Under the pieces are notes generated by a model. The model searched no databases. It was given only the letters and a program-made list of their open reading frames with translations, and had not been told where the DNA came from. From the NCBI RefSeq assembly GCF_036321535.1, contig NC_087436.1, forward strand, positions 16,678,001-16,742,000: a stretch of DNA of 64,000 nt. Reading direction: 5' to 3'. This stretch comes from Camelus dromedarius. Taxonomy: Eukaryota. The position numbers and the translations under genes were made by a program. Shown in pieces: positions 1 to 12,700 of the stretch (positions are counted from its first letter, which is position 1; every line of letters starts with the position of its first letter).

Positions 1-468
1 AATTCTTCTTGACGTTAAGGCTTACAATAGAACAACAGTATTCAAGAAGGTATGGATGGATGCACATAAGTCAGTGCAGCAGAACAGAGAACCCAGGAAT
101 AGAGCTACACAAATATGAATAATTAATTTTTGACGAAGGAGCAAAAGCAATCCAATGGAAGAGTGATAGTTTTTTCAATAAGTGGTGCTGGAGCAGTTGA
201 ATGCCCACAGCCAAAAAACCCTCAGAAGTCTATCTAAACCTCAAACTTTATACCAGAATGAATTCAAAACAGATTATGAACATAAATGTAAAACATAAAA
301 CTAGAACATAAAACTTAAATGTAAAACATGGAACTTCTAGAAAAAGCAGCAGGAAGTCTTTGGGACCTAGGGTTAGGCAAAGAGTTCTTACACTTGACAT
401 CAAAAGCATGAACCATAAAAGGACAAATTGATTAAACTGAACCTCACCGAAGTAAAAGCCTCACTGTG
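1..468 (+). mobile_element. Degenerate LINE-1 ORF2 3' portion (old L1M-type fragment)
   Basis: 123-200 translates to LIFDEGAKAIQWKSDSFFNKWCWSS*, matching the L1 ORF2p motif LIFDK..K.IQW.KDSLFNKWCW. A-rich, with stops and frameshifts. Confidence 0.9.
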
Positions 469-1349
469 TTAATCACTAGGGCTTATTTTCCCTCATCGAT
501 ATGACAGCCTCAAGCCACTGGTAAGTGAAACAAAAACAATGAATTCTGTGTACATATCACTAAAAGTATGTGAACAGTGCATTACTCCTGAGTCCTTGTT
601 TGGGCTCTCAGAGTGGGCCTTTCGGAGTTGACTTTTAGTGGAGAGGAGATTGATTCTCTGTCACTGCAAGGACTTGTAGTGTGAGGGCATATAATAGGGG
701 CACGATAGATGTTGGCTGAATTGAACTGAATTCTCTAGTCTTAGAGAAATCCTGTCACTGAAAGAGAATAGAGTTAATTCTCATAAGACAAGAAGTATTG
801 CTTGCAAGTTCTTATTGACATATCTGAGCAGAGTGGATTCGAATACCTGCTTGCTGATACAACTAATGATCCATATTATTTTATTTTGTTTTCCCATGCA
901 GGTTACCAGGGCTGATTCTAGGCAGAATTCTGAATTCAGAACACTGTGTCTTCATTTTCTTCCCCTTGCGACTTGATACTTATCCTTCGGTTAGAGGCCC
1001 CTGGACCCTCCCCTTTCCTCACTTCTCAGTGTATAAATGTTCAAGTCTGAACCCCATTGCCCCTAGGCAATTCTTGCTACTTCCTTAAAATTGACTAAGA
1101 AGATAAATAGTAGACAAATCATTTGTTTAATAAAATCAAACCCAGGCTAATGTGTTCTTTGAAAAAGGTTAAAACCCCAGCCCCCTTTCCTTCCTCAGTT
1201 GCATCTAATGATTGTCTTCTTGAGACCACACCTTTACCTAAACTCAAAGGAGTGATTTTTATGAGATTAAGTCAGAAAGAAGGAAAAGTGGTGGTCTCTT
1301 TATAGAAAAGGAAAGATACAGAGAGGGAACTGGTATTTTCGACTGCTTG

Positions 1350-1503
1350 ATCTTTGCTAGGCATTTTGCTGCAAGCTGTATACATGATTTCATTAAACCC
1401 ACACACCGTCCCTATGACATATATGATGAAATTGAGACTTAAAGGAGGTTACGTAACCCCCCCAAGGGAAGAGAACACATAGCAAAGTTGGACCTACATC
1501 CTC
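1350..1503 (-). mobile_element. MIR SINE fragment
   Basis: gatgaaattgagacttaaaggaggttacgtaac resembles the reverse complement of the MIR core. Confidence 0.55.
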
Positions 1504-1516
1504 TCCACTGCATCTT

Positions 1517-1661
1517 TAAACAATTTTTTTTTAATTAAAAAAATTGTTTTGGGGGGGAGGTAATTAAGTTTACTTACTTATTTTTTGGAGGAGGCGCTGG
1601 GGTTTGAACAGGACCTCGTGCATGCTAAGCACGTGCTCTACCACTGAGCTATACCCTCCCC
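1517..1661 (-). mobile_element. tRNA-Ala-derived camelid SINE (vic-1-like)
   Basis: Reverse complement reads ggggagggtatagctcagtggtagagcacgtgcttagcatgcacgaggtcc...ttaattacctccccc plus A tail. Exact 13-bp TSD tccactgcatctt at 1504-1516 and 1663-1675. Confidence 0.93.
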
Positions 1662-3677
1662 TTCCACTGCATCTTAATGCAGTCTAAAGCTGAAATATTT
1701 TCCAGGTTACAGTGAGGCCCACTGACGCTGTAAGAAATGCAGGAAGGGCTTAGTGTCCATCTTCCAATCGTCAGAATTTCTTGGCGCATATGGGGCTCAC
1801 CCGTGAGTCTTTGCCTGCCTCTATGGAAGGGTGTCGATCTCACTGAGCATTCTGCATCTGGCAGCTCTGTGTCGGTATGGAGAGGACAAGAAAGGTTCCT
1901 GTAATCCTTAATTTGGACACTTTGAAAGTCAGTTATAAAAAAAGCCTTGGCTGGCTTTACTTGGAAGCCACTTTAATTGAACAAGAGGTTGATTTCCATC
2001 CAGAATGAGGTGATGCACGGTAAGCATGTCTTATAGGGTTCATAAGCTCTCGAGCCAAGGACACCATGGAGGTAGAAAGACACATCTACAGCCTCCATGT
2101 AGAGCGAAAAACCAATCCTTTCTGTTCCAATTAATGCATAGGCTCCTGAAGACACGGACTTCTGCCTCTCCTCCGCCAACCCCTCACACCTTCAATGGGT
2201 CGTCAGTGGTAGAGGCACCTGGGGCAGAGACCAGGGAGGAAACAAGGAGGGAGAGAAAGAACAGATGCCCCCCTCCTCCCGCCCCATCTCCCTCTCCAGC
2301 TGCATGGAACACTGCCCAGGCTCAGAGAAGTACCGAGAACAATGGTACCCTAGTGCCTGGAAACTATGGAAACGGGCAGGGATCCTGTTCCTTCATAACT
2401 GTGTTTCCTTCTCTCTGTTCTCCCTCCTCTGTCTTCTCCAAACATATGGGGGAGGCGTGGACCTGGAAAGCAACATTGATGGTGCTATTAGAAACAGTGC
2501 TGGAGGCAATCTTACGGGAAAATGAGAGACTATTTTTAGAGATGCATATTGACAAAAGAAGGCAATAGCAGAAGTCAAAGTGTCAAGGCTCTGGGCGGAT
2601 CGATCTAGTTTCTAGGCACCGTTTTGGATTTGTGTCTCCTCCTTTCGTCTCAGTGCTGTGGCTCATGTTGCTTCCCACCTGGAGCGGCTCCCCTTCCAGG
2701 CTCTGCTCACCAAATGGGTAGTTACGGATGACCGTCCTCTCTGAGTCCCGGCCTGGATCTGCGGTTCTCACTTCACTTCTCTTAGCTAAGTCCCCAACCT
2801 AAGCTCATTGTCCTCACGGCTCTTCTGAATCTGCCAGGCAGCTCCTGTCCCCTCCTGGTCTGCTTGTCTCATTCTTATCTTTACTGCAGTTCTTTCAGGA
2901 TTTGTTTTGAAAATGAGTGCATCTTCAAACTCTGATGCCACCCAGATTCAAGTGAGGGATGCAGACCACACTGCCCAGTCATTTGGGGGTTCCCAAGCTC
3001 CTGTACTCGCTCTTTCTTCATAGTCCGTCTGTCCTTCCATCCTGGAGCACCACTGGCATCTGTCCTCCCGACCACCACCAAGTGAGAATCAGGCCTGACT
3101 AATTAGCTATTACCGAGAGCAGGGGCCTTTGACTTGTGAAACAGCCATTGATTGCACAATATTTGCAATCTTTTGGAGCATGTGGCATCTAAGTGGGCTT
3201 AACACAGTGTGGCAGGAAAATAGAGATTTATGTTTTTTTTCTTTCTGTATTGTCCCATTTCCCTGAACTCTCCCCAAGCAGGTCGCCAGCCTTTTTACAA
3301 ACTGCTGAAATTGCTTGAAGTTTCTGCAAGTTTCTGAAGTTTAGTTTTGCTACTGTTGAGAAGACTAAACTCACTGAAGACGTTTTGCTGGGTGTTCCGA
3401 GAAGGGGGAGAGGCTTTCTAGGGTCCTAAGAGGGGAGGTAGGGAGATGCTCACAGGAAGATTTCTGGGGAGTAGCTGGAACATTGGTGGGGATTGTGGCT
3501 CATTCCAAGGTGTCCTGGGTGGGGACAGCATTTCAGAGGCTGAGGTCCTTCCAGCCAGAAGCAGTGGGGACTCAGGATGTGAGGAAATCCTCTGAGCTGG
3601 GAGACTAGGCATCTCTGATAACCAGAGTGGACCAGTTACTGGAGGAAAGTCCCAGATACTTTCACATCATGTAAAAA

Positions 3678-3900
3678 TGATAATGATGATGGTGACAAAT
3701 ATTTATTGCACACCTAAGTGCCAGACATTGTCCTGAGAACCCTGCATATCTTAGTGAATCTGTCTGTCCAGTAACCCTATGAGATTGTTACTATCATTAA
3801 CACCACTAGTGGTCCCAGAGGTTAAGGAAGTTACCCAGTATCACATACTAGTAAGTGGTGGAAGCAAGATGCACATCTAGGTAGTGTGGTTTCAGAGCCC
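3678..3900 (-). mobile_element. MIR SINE
   Basis: atatttattgcacacctaagtgccagacattg...cccagaggttaaggaagttacccag...ctagtaagtggtggaagc follows the antisense MIR consensus. Confidence 0.8.
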
Positions 3901-4849
3901 TCAAAGAATGCCGTTTCTGACCTCTCTAAATGAGACCGTGAGACCTTGGCATGACCCTGAGTTGGAGGTGGCAATGAGTAGGAGGAAAAGAAACCCCATA
4001 ATGACTAAAATTGCATTTCCCACCACCTGGTGGGACAGAAATTGAGTTTTATTTAGGTTCATAGGAAGAAACGAAAGAAATGTGACATTTCTTATATTCC
4101 TAGATTGTGGACCGAGATTCAGACATCTTTCATATATAAAATAATTTATTTTCTAAAGATTAGCATTAACATTATCACCAACAAATACAAAGGTGGACTA
4201 GACCTCAGACCACATAATTAATTTAATCTTGTGTGTTTTTTCCTCTGATCAGCTTTAGAGAGCCTGCTGACTCTTCCTAGCTATGTGGTTCCCTAAAGAG
4301 CCTCTCCCCACTGAGGCTTATGCAGGAAACCCAGCAAGATGGCAAGTGAGCTCCATGCTCCAGAAGTCGGTACCATGGTAACCCTATGAACGGGACAATG
4401 ATTCTGAGTTAGGTGGGTGGGTCTTTACAGAGACACATACAAATACGTATACATTGATTAAACAACTTCCTAGTGGTTTTTTTGGTTTTGTTTCTTAGTA
4501 TTTGAAGTATATCATTATACTAAAACAAACAGAACAAAAAAAACAACTTTTGAAGAAAATTTCCTTCCTTTCTATCACCAGCCCAAGGTCACCATTTAGA
4601 CAGTATCTCTCAAGGAGAACTGAAAGAGGAGGCGTAATTTAGATACTCCAGGCAGCTATGATTCCCAGATGCTTGTGAGCTGTGGGATAAACTGTGGTGG
4701 GGAGCGTAGCTGCAGAAGCCCCAGTCTGCAGCCACATGGATTTTCTGGCAGTTCTTTGAATAGGTGGAGTTTTGTTCACCTCTGGATCTTTGCACTGGCT
4801 GGCAAAGTCTAGATGTATCTTCCTCCTTTTTTCTCATGGCTGGCGCCTT

Positions 4850-5140
4850 CTCCACCCTCACGCCTCAGCTCCGCGTCACTTCAGGCAGCCTTTCCTGGCC
4901 ACCTTTTCCCTGTTCGACCTCTCAGCTTCTTGCTTGTTTCCTCCATCGTACTTGTATAATCTTAAAAATTGTATTGGCTTACTTTTGAATTGAGTTACTA
5001 ATTTATTTATTTGCTCTGCCCCCTTGCCATAATGTAAGCTCCACGAGACCATGTTTGTTTCGCTCACTCAGAACAATCAGCGTAGTATTTTGCACAGAGA
5101 ATGTCATCAATTAATATACTTGGATGGTGTATGAATGAAA
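4850..5140 (+). mobile_element. L2 LINE 3' end
   Basis: aatgtaagctccacgag...tgtttgtttcgctcact...tgaatgaa is the typical L2 terminus. Confidence 0.7.
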
Positions 5141-6752
5141 GTCCCAGGAGACAGGCTTGGATAGATAATGGCAGTTCCTTCTTCCTCCACTTGGCGGCGC
5201 TGCCCTTGAATGAACACTATGCTTACGTTCACTGCCTCTTAAGAGAATGGTTTTCGTATTGTTACCTTGATTTGTCTGAGCCCTGGACTTCAGCTCTGTA
5301 GAAGACTGCTCTATTTGCTCTGTATCAACCTGAGTCCCCACCACACTTTCGCCTCTGGTTCTCGATACTTAACCTGGTTCCTCCCAATTTCTGCTGCTTT
5401 CATTCTTCATAATGGCTCCTGCCCTTGTCACTGACCTGGCTGAGTCTTCCTTCTTCTCTTCTGCTTTAAATTCCTATAACAAATGACTTCTGATTAAAAT
5501 AAAAATAATTTAATGGAACAAAAATAAGCTATAATCCCACCAAAGAAAAACAAGAAGCAGATCCTAGTATAACTATCAGTAACTCTTCTTAATTAAACAG
5601 ATCTTTCAAAAGACATGAACTGCTTTTTCAATTTCACACTCCAGTTTGAGGTTTAAAAAAAAACCTACTTTACTATGAGCAACTTTTGAACGTTTTCCAT
5701 CATATTCTCCAAAACCCCCAGAGTGCTCATATTTTTGAGTCACTTTGTATGATGAGAAATACACCTAAGGTGTCCTTATTAAACCTCATCGCTATTTGGA
5801 AACCAAGACCCTGAAATTAAGGGAAGAATTTTTATCAGGAATCTCCCTGCTTTCTCAGAAGAGATTAAAGTCATTAATAAATGCCTTCATTCTAAGGAAA
5901 GATTTGGGATTTTGAACTTCAGCCAAAAGGAAAAATCCCCCCCAAAGACTACAACTTCCTCTGCTTTCTGAGGCCAGAGTGTTTCTATTTTTGTGTCTGA
6001 GCTGAGGTCCTGTTATCTGCCTGCTGCCTATCTTCTGAGCTCTTTCAACACCCTCTGCCTCAATCGAGGAGAGAACCATCCTCAGAAATTTACCCTTTCG
6101 TAGTCAATGTCCCTTCTGTGCATCAGATGGAGGGTTTACATTATGTTTTGGGGGAGCAGGTGGGAGGAGCAGCTGGTGTGAGAAGAAGTGAGCAGCCTGA
6201 CAACAGTAGAATGGAGAAGAGTGCGTGTGAGTGCGTGTGAAAAGAGAGCAAGTGCCACAACGTGAAAACTGCCCAAGGAATTGTAAACCTTGCCGCCTGT
6301 TATCCGGAGCTGACGGTCTAGTAAATGTGCCAGGTAAAAAGTCAGTGAGACCCGAGACATCATGAAAATCAGAACAGCAGAAACTTGGACTAATACCAAC
6401 CAAGGCAAAGCGATCTGCAATGAATTTCAATGATACATTATAACATTATTGGTGATTTCTTTTAGTTACAATTCCATTTCATTTAAATCTTTAATTTCTT
6501 CTGTGAATATTTGTTGTCAGGTCTGTGACAGATCCTGTCGCAGGGTCTGGGGATGGCTGCAGAGTCTACCCTCTTGGACTTGACTGATTTTCTTTAAATA
6601 AAAGAACACTGAGAGTGTTTTGGAACTGCTGGAACTATTGCTTTTATACAATGACCTAAACATCATCCCTTTATTTCAAGTTTCAATTATTAACAAATTA
6701 TTCTAACATTTGATCTGTTGCAACAATGCATTTTATAAAAGTATCTAATTTA

Positions 6753-6796
6753 AATTATATATTCTTAATTATGGATAATTATATATTCTTAATTAT
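6753..6796. repeat. Tandem duplication of aattatatattcttaattat (24-bp period)
   Basis: Two identical 20-mers at 6753-6772 and 6777-6796. Confidence 0.85.
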
Positions 6797-6849
6797 TTAT
6801 ATAATTGTATATGTATATATTCTTTGCTTTTTCAAATACAAAAGGGATT

Positions 6850-8510
6850 ATAATACACATATTTTCCCTCACCAAACAGTGTGTCTCTTTTCATTCCTTA
6901 TCAGTGCGTAGAGAACTCATTTTAATAGCGGCATGAGATTCCAGTGTATAAATGTACCTTATTTTATTTAACCAGTTCCCACTGATGGACATTTAGGACA
7001 TTTCTTTCCATTCTTCTCAAGTAAGGCAAAGATCAGTATCTCGGGTATCCATCCTTTGGCAAATGTTCACATGTATTATAAGGTACATTTCTCGAGTGGA
7101 ATTTCTGGGTCGAAGTTATGTGCACTGGTAGTTTGGATAGGTTCTGTCAAATTGTGCTCAGTTTAAGTTGTACCCATTTACACTTAGTGATATGTAACTA
7201 CTTGTTTCCTCAAAACCTTGACCAAAGCACATATTAACAAAGTTTTTGACTTTTGTCTGTCTGATCGATAGAAAATGACACCTCTCAGTAGCTCTAACTT
7301 ATATTTCTTTTGTTATAAGACTGAGCATCTTTTCGTATGTTTAGAATTATTTGCATTTCCTTTCATATAAACCGTTCATAATCATTACCACCTTTTCTAC
7401 TGGGCTATTGTTTGATGTTACTGATCAACATATCTAGTGGAATTTAGCCCTTGTCCAATGTGAAATCTGTTTCAAATGTTTTACCTAGTTTGCTGTTTGT
7501 CTTTTAACCTTGTTTTGGTATTATGTTCTGTTTTGTTTTTACTGTGCAGTCTTTATGGAGTTGAACTTAGCAACCTTTCATTTTCTGTTCTCTAGGTTTT
7601 GTGTTACAATTTAGAAAGATCTTCCTACTTCAGAATTATAGAAATAATCCTCTTATGTTTTCTTTTCATGCTTTCATGGCTTTTGTTTTGTTTTCAGCCT
7701 TTAAATATGTGAGACTTCTGGAGTTTATTTTGGAGTAAGATATGATACTGAGACAAAGGGAACTGTACTGGTTAAGACTAAGTTCAGCTGAGAATAGTAA
7801 ATAAACTTAAAGAAAAGGTGTGTTACACAGAATTGAGGTTTATCTCTCTTTCCATGGAAGCAGTATAGGTCACGATCTTGTAGAGTATTCCATGATACGA
7901 GGGATTCAAGCTTTTCCATATCATTGCTTCACTATACGGAAGTTCCATTTCCAAGGTCACTTTATAGTCCAAGAAGGCTGTTGGAGCTCCAGCCAAAACA
8001 TCAGGATCCCAGCCAGCAGGAAGAAGAGAAAAACGAAGAAAGGCTTATCCTTTCCCTTTAAGGACACTTCCTGGAAGCTGCCTGTACCAATTCTGTACAC
8101 ATAATATTGGCCGGTACTCAAGTCTCATGACCACAGTGAACTGTGAGGGAGTCAGGGAAATGAAGTCGTGTACCCAGCTAAGAATCTGGGACGCTGTGAC
8201 AGAGGAAGGACACTGGATATTGAGGGAGAACTGGTATCCTAGGCCACAGGATCCTGTTTTATTTATTTTCTAGATAGCTATTCAGTTGTTCCAACAGTAT
8301 TCATTAGGTAATTCATTTTCACCCCACACTTCTGAAATGTTACCTAGTTTATTTTTGTAAATATTGAGTTTATTTTTGGACACTGTATTTTATTGCATTT
8401 TCTCTTTTTCTCTTCATATGCCAGGACCATACCATTGTGTTTTATTTTTAGTTTTATAGAATATGATCAGAGAATCCTGCTTCTATTTTTTATTTCCTTT
8501 GGAATTTATT
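6850..8510 (-). mobile_element. Old L1 (L1ME-like) 3' region, split by an LTR at 7764-8248
   Basis: ttattaaccagttcccactgatggacatttagga, gagtggaatttctgggtcgaag and gactgagcatcttttcgtatgttta are antisense L1 3' motifs. The element resumes after 8253. Confidence 0.8.
7764..8248 (-). mobile_element. MaLR solo LTR (MLT1J/K-like)
   Basis: TG...CA termini; internal ccaagaaggctgttggagctccagcc and cattggcc-like MLT1 motifs; 5-bp flanks ggaac (7759-7763) and ggatc (8249-8253) fit a decayed TSD. Confidence 0.8.
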
Positions 8511-9039
8511 CACTTATTTTCTGTGGCTTATTATAGGGCCTTTAAAAAAATGTAGTTGTTCTATGGATATTTGAAAAATGAGTTATTATTTCTTTCCAGG
8601 TGTTTGAGCGTTATGTGTGACATTTTCCCCTGCCATTTCTTCCTTTATAAAAAATGTAGTCACTTAGTCCAGATCTTGTGGTGGCCCATTTTAATTATTG
8701 ATAGTGTTTGAATAAGGAAGGTTCCTCTTGGATCAGCTTCTTGTAGGATAGCTATTTGTGGGGGATTTGTACTCTGGAGGAGCTGGGGCTCTGCTCCAGC
8801 GTTGCAGGCTTGCAAAGATGATGTATCTGTGAGATTACTCATTCAGAACCACCGGCTCTGTTTATTGTCTGTCAGGGCAACTCCCTACCAAACAATTCTG
8901 ACTTTGCACATCTAAGTTGCCCACTTAGCCTGGACAACTGTGCTTCAGTGGTTTTGCCTGAGTTATTTCCCTGCAGGTCTTTTCTTCTTCCCATTCCTCT
9001 GTTTGACCCCCAGAGAATTTGATAGTTGAAAGAGGCAAA

Positions 9040-9235
9040 AAGAAGTAGTTGTTAGACATTAGACTCTGGATTCCTGTTTCCTTTATTAACTAGCTGTGTG
9101 AACTTGGGCCAGTTACTTAGCTTTTCTATGCCTTATTTTCCTTTTCTGTGAAAGAAGGCATGATAGTACTAATCTCATAAGGTTTAAGTGAGTACAAGAT
9201 GCATTAGTACTTGTAAGGTGCTTCCTGGAAGGCCA
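9040..9235 (+). mobile_element. MIR SINE
   Basis: actagctgtgtgaacttgggccagttacttagcttttctatgccttattttcc matches the MIR core. Confidence 0.85.
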
Positions 9236-9689
9236 GGCAAAAAGGGAAAAGCCAACTCTACTGTCCTTTAAAAACTGGAACTGTAGAATAAATGGTTCCC
9301 TTTTCTACTTTAGACTTTCTTCTCCCATTCACTTTCCATTCTTCTTCCTGTTCTGCAGTGTTTGGAAAACATTTCCATTTTGGCTGAGAAGCAGTTTGGA
9401 CATTTTTCTCTGCACTGTCTGGACTGACAACCTCCAGGTGTGTTGCTAAGCTGTCTGTGAATGGCGATGAAGTTATCTATAAAAGAGAGCAATTCACTCT
9501 CAAAGGATTTTGTACCTCCCTAGAAGTGCAAATCTCTTTTGCTCTTCTGCTCCCTCTGTTGGTCATTCTCTTTACAATAGCATTTACTTTCTCATTAACA
9601 GAGACATGAAATATGATGAACAAATTTCATTTAATAGTAAACCAATTTTTCTCATCAGAGTGTTCAAAAAATAAATTTTGAGAAAAATA

Positions 9690-9840
9690 TTCTCATACAA
9701 AGCATGGTTATAATAAAAGGTTAAGAGTAGTAATCTCTTGGTGGTAGGAACATGGTATTTTAATTTTGCTAGTTTGTAATTTCTAATCTTCTACAGCACA
9801 CATATAGGGCTTTTGAAAAAAAATTATAATAAAAGAAAAC
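9690..9840 (+). mobile_element. L1ME-like 3' terminal fragment
   Basis: gttaagagtagtaatctcttggtggtagga...ttctaatcttctacag followed by an A-rich tail. Confidence 0.55.
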
Positions 9841-10614
9841 TGTAGATCAGCTCAAAATCATGGTAGTTGTAACATGGTTGTTCTAGTCAAATTTTTAAAA
9901 ATTGTATAATTTGAACTTGATGCTAAGAGAGGGAAACTTAAAAATTCTTTAGTCTAGAGACAGAATACAACAAAATTGAATTTTAAAAGAATCTTATTTT
10001 TTTACTTCTTATATTAATTGAATATAGATGGTTGGAATGAAAGTGACAACATTTTTGTCATTTGGTAACATTACAAAAAAATTGTTCCCTTATATTGACG
10101 TCAATAATTCAAGTGATCACATATTGGAGCTTTGTCTTTATTGGCCAGTGTATGATAAAATGAGAAATTCCTGATAATTTTATTTAAGAAGGAAAACTTA
10201 AGATGGGCTTTTGTAAAGAGAGACTTCACAGTGGAGGTGGGAGAGATTATGACAGGACCTTGAATGCCATGATTTATGTTTTTGATGGAAATCTTTCTTA
10301 ATGGCAATGGTAAACCATTGGAAATTATTAATCAAGGAGATAAACAAGGAAAATTAAGCATATTTTTCTTTTGTAACCATTTGATTTTAATATCGTCAAA
10401 GTGAACTACCTTTGTAACAGGTACATATTTAGAAATGGAATGCATGGGACGGAGTTCATAGTGAGCAATTTCTTGGGCTCAAATAAACGTAATGCTGAAG
10501 AAAGTAACATTGTTTGAGGACTGTGATGTTGCATCCTGATTCAAACTTGCAACTTTTTCAAACAGTGGTAACTGCCATTCTAATCATGATCCACTGTGTT
10601 ACTGAGAGTATTAG

Positions 10615-10830
10615 GTTTCTGGTGAAAGAGAATGAACTTTGGAGACATTAATATTTGAGTATTAACTTTGTCATTTTACTAATTTTATTATTTGAGGCAA
10701 GTTATTTACACCTCTATGTTTCAGTTTCTTCATCTTTAAAGTGTGGAAGTAATGTTTGTCTCACAGGGTTGAGAGTGGAACAGTATCTGTAAAGCATTTA
10801 ATACAAAGTATGCTATAAAGAAGTGTTAAG
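10615..10830 (+). mobile_element. MIR SINE
   Basis: ggcaagttatttacacctctatgtttcagtttcttcatctttaaagtg matches the MIR core. Confidence 0.75.
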
Positions 10831-10839
10831 CAGATTAAA

Positions 10840-10987
10840 GGTGGAGGGTAGAGCTCAGTGTTAGAGGGTGTGCCTAGCATGCATGAGGTCCTGGGTTCAA
10901 TGCCCAGTGCCTCTGTTATAAACAAACAAATAAATATATAAATAAATAAAACTTTTTACCTCCTCCCATTAAAAAATTAAAAAAAAA
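10840..10987 (+). mobile_element. tRNA-Ala-derived camelid SINE (vic-1-like)
   Basis: ggagggtagagctcagtg...tagcatgcatgaggtcctgggttcaatgcccagtgcctc, then (taaa)n, ttacctcc and an A tail. Confidence 0.9.
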
Positions 10988-11129
10988 TTCCAAACCCCAA
11001 AACCCCAAACCAAAGACCTTGAGGAGTAAGGTTTATAAATAGGGGAAAGTTCACTGAGGGAATTCAATACAGCGCCCTTCTTTTGTCTTCCGTGAACAGA
11101 GACACTTACACTTGACACACTGTACACAA

Positions 11130-11265
11130 ATAATTTCTGTGCCTATCTCCCCTCGTCTGACTGTGAGATTTTCAAGAGCAGGGAGAATGTCTCTTTTTTT
11201 ATACTCATACCTAGGCTAGTTGCCAGCACGTAACATGTAATCCATATTTGCTGGACTGAACTGAA
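11130..11265 (+). mobile_element. L2 LINE 3' end fragment
   Basis: gactgtgagattttcaagagcagggagaatgtct...atatttgctggactgaactgaa. Confidence 0.65.
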
Positions 11266-11924
11266 GTTAACCACCATTTTCTGTTTCTCCCTGTGCCCAA
11301 AAAAGTAGCTGAACAGATATCTCTCAACTTTGGGGTATGTTGGTGACTTTCTGACTTGAAATAGGGAGTGTGTGATGTACACGACTTTCAATTACAAGGA
11401 GAACTCTAGGGAATACCTCGAAGAGAGGGATGTCATCTCAAACTGGGGGCAGGAGGGCCGTGGGATGGCTTTAAGGACAGACATGCTATCTATTAATATG
11501 CACTGAACTGAGAGAGCAAGGATGGTGTAGAACATGAAGCTTAAATGGAAAAATCCCAAGGAGAGGCATTCTGCTTCACTGATGTACAATCAAGCTGTTT
11601 GTCACACAGGCAAGTCCTCCAGGATAAGGAACAGCAAAGATTTTCTCTCTTCCTTTCTTCCAGGGCTGCTGGGTGCTAAAGACACAAAGGTGAGTGTCTC
11701 AGTCTCTGCCCCTATGAGCTGGTTGAGTGTGACACTCTGGGTGTGAAAATCTCTTACAGTGTTCTATCTAGCTTTTGTCAAAATAACCCTCAAAGATGTG
11801 CTAACAATTTTTTAACCCCTTTTCTTCTTGTCCTGAGCGTCGCTGCACATCTAGCCAAGGGTCCCCTTTTCCGAGTAGTCCTGTCATCATAGTCCTGGTG
11901 CAACATCCAAACTGCAAAGTTCAT

Positions 11925-12075
11925 GATCAATGTTACAGTAGTCATTCCAGGATGGAGAGGGTTATTGGTGGATTTACTTTTTCCTTTGTGCTTTTCTATC
12001 ATCTCCAAGTTTCCATGCAACAAATGGGTGTTACATGTACAGTCAGTTACAGAAGTTTTTTTTTTTTTTAAAGAT
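11925..12075 (+). mobile_element. L1ME-like 3' terminal fragment
   Basis: aatgttacagtagtcattccaggatggag...ttttcctttgtgcttttctatcatctccaagtttcc. Confidence 0.5.
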
Positions 12076-12567
12076 AATCAACTTGCACTGAAAAGTCCTG
12101 ATGGTCTTTCTTTACATATTTGAAGTCACATATTCAAGTTAACACAGAAGACCTAAGTCCGCCCCCATCCCCACGTCCTGAGACATTAATGTGCTATACT
12201 CTACGGTTTTTTGGGAGGTGATATTTTTCCAGAGAGTACAGGATGGGGGAGTTACCCGAGGCCTGGCACGATCTATGCTCAGCGAGATCATTCCTCCATC
12301 TGAGGGCCCTTCACACTCCAGAATGTTGAGAGATGCAGGACTTACTCCAAATGCCACGTGAATCGGTGAACTGTGACCCAGTAATCACGTTTCCTGAGGG
12401 GGGCTGCTGGGTATTTTTTGAGAAACCAGGTGGTACTAATTAATATTACTGTTTCCTTGTCAGCTGCTCTTGACACTTGTAGAAACCATTCACTAGCTAG
12501 CTAGCTCTTTCCCCAGTTCTCCTTACCGCGTTTGCAGTAACGCCGTTTGGAATTGTTACAACCATTG

Positions 12568-12700
12568 CCGCGTTTCTCAGTGTGGCTACATCTTCATCAG
12601 TCAATCCAGGGACCTAAATTCAAGACAGCGGAATGTTAGAAGTGTGTTGAACTGTGTTTAATAAACCTCCTAGATGAAGCAGATACTCACTGGTTATTTC
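12568..12700 (+). mobile_element. Degenerate MER5-like hAT MITE
   Basis: Start gtttctcagtgtgg and ctgtgtttaataaacctcctagatgaagcagatactcact resemble the MER5A consensus. Confidence 0.5.

Noticed and set aside
1590..1661. tRNA-Ala(AGC)-like sequence with an intact anticodon loop
   Set aside because: Damaged T arm, SINE tail and TSD show it is a SINE head. The same applies to the other five copies.
2026..2568. 180-aa ORF, the longest outside obvious repeats
   Set aside because: No recognisable domain, low-complexity purine and proline runs, and no clear splice context. Consistent with chance in a locally GC-richer region.
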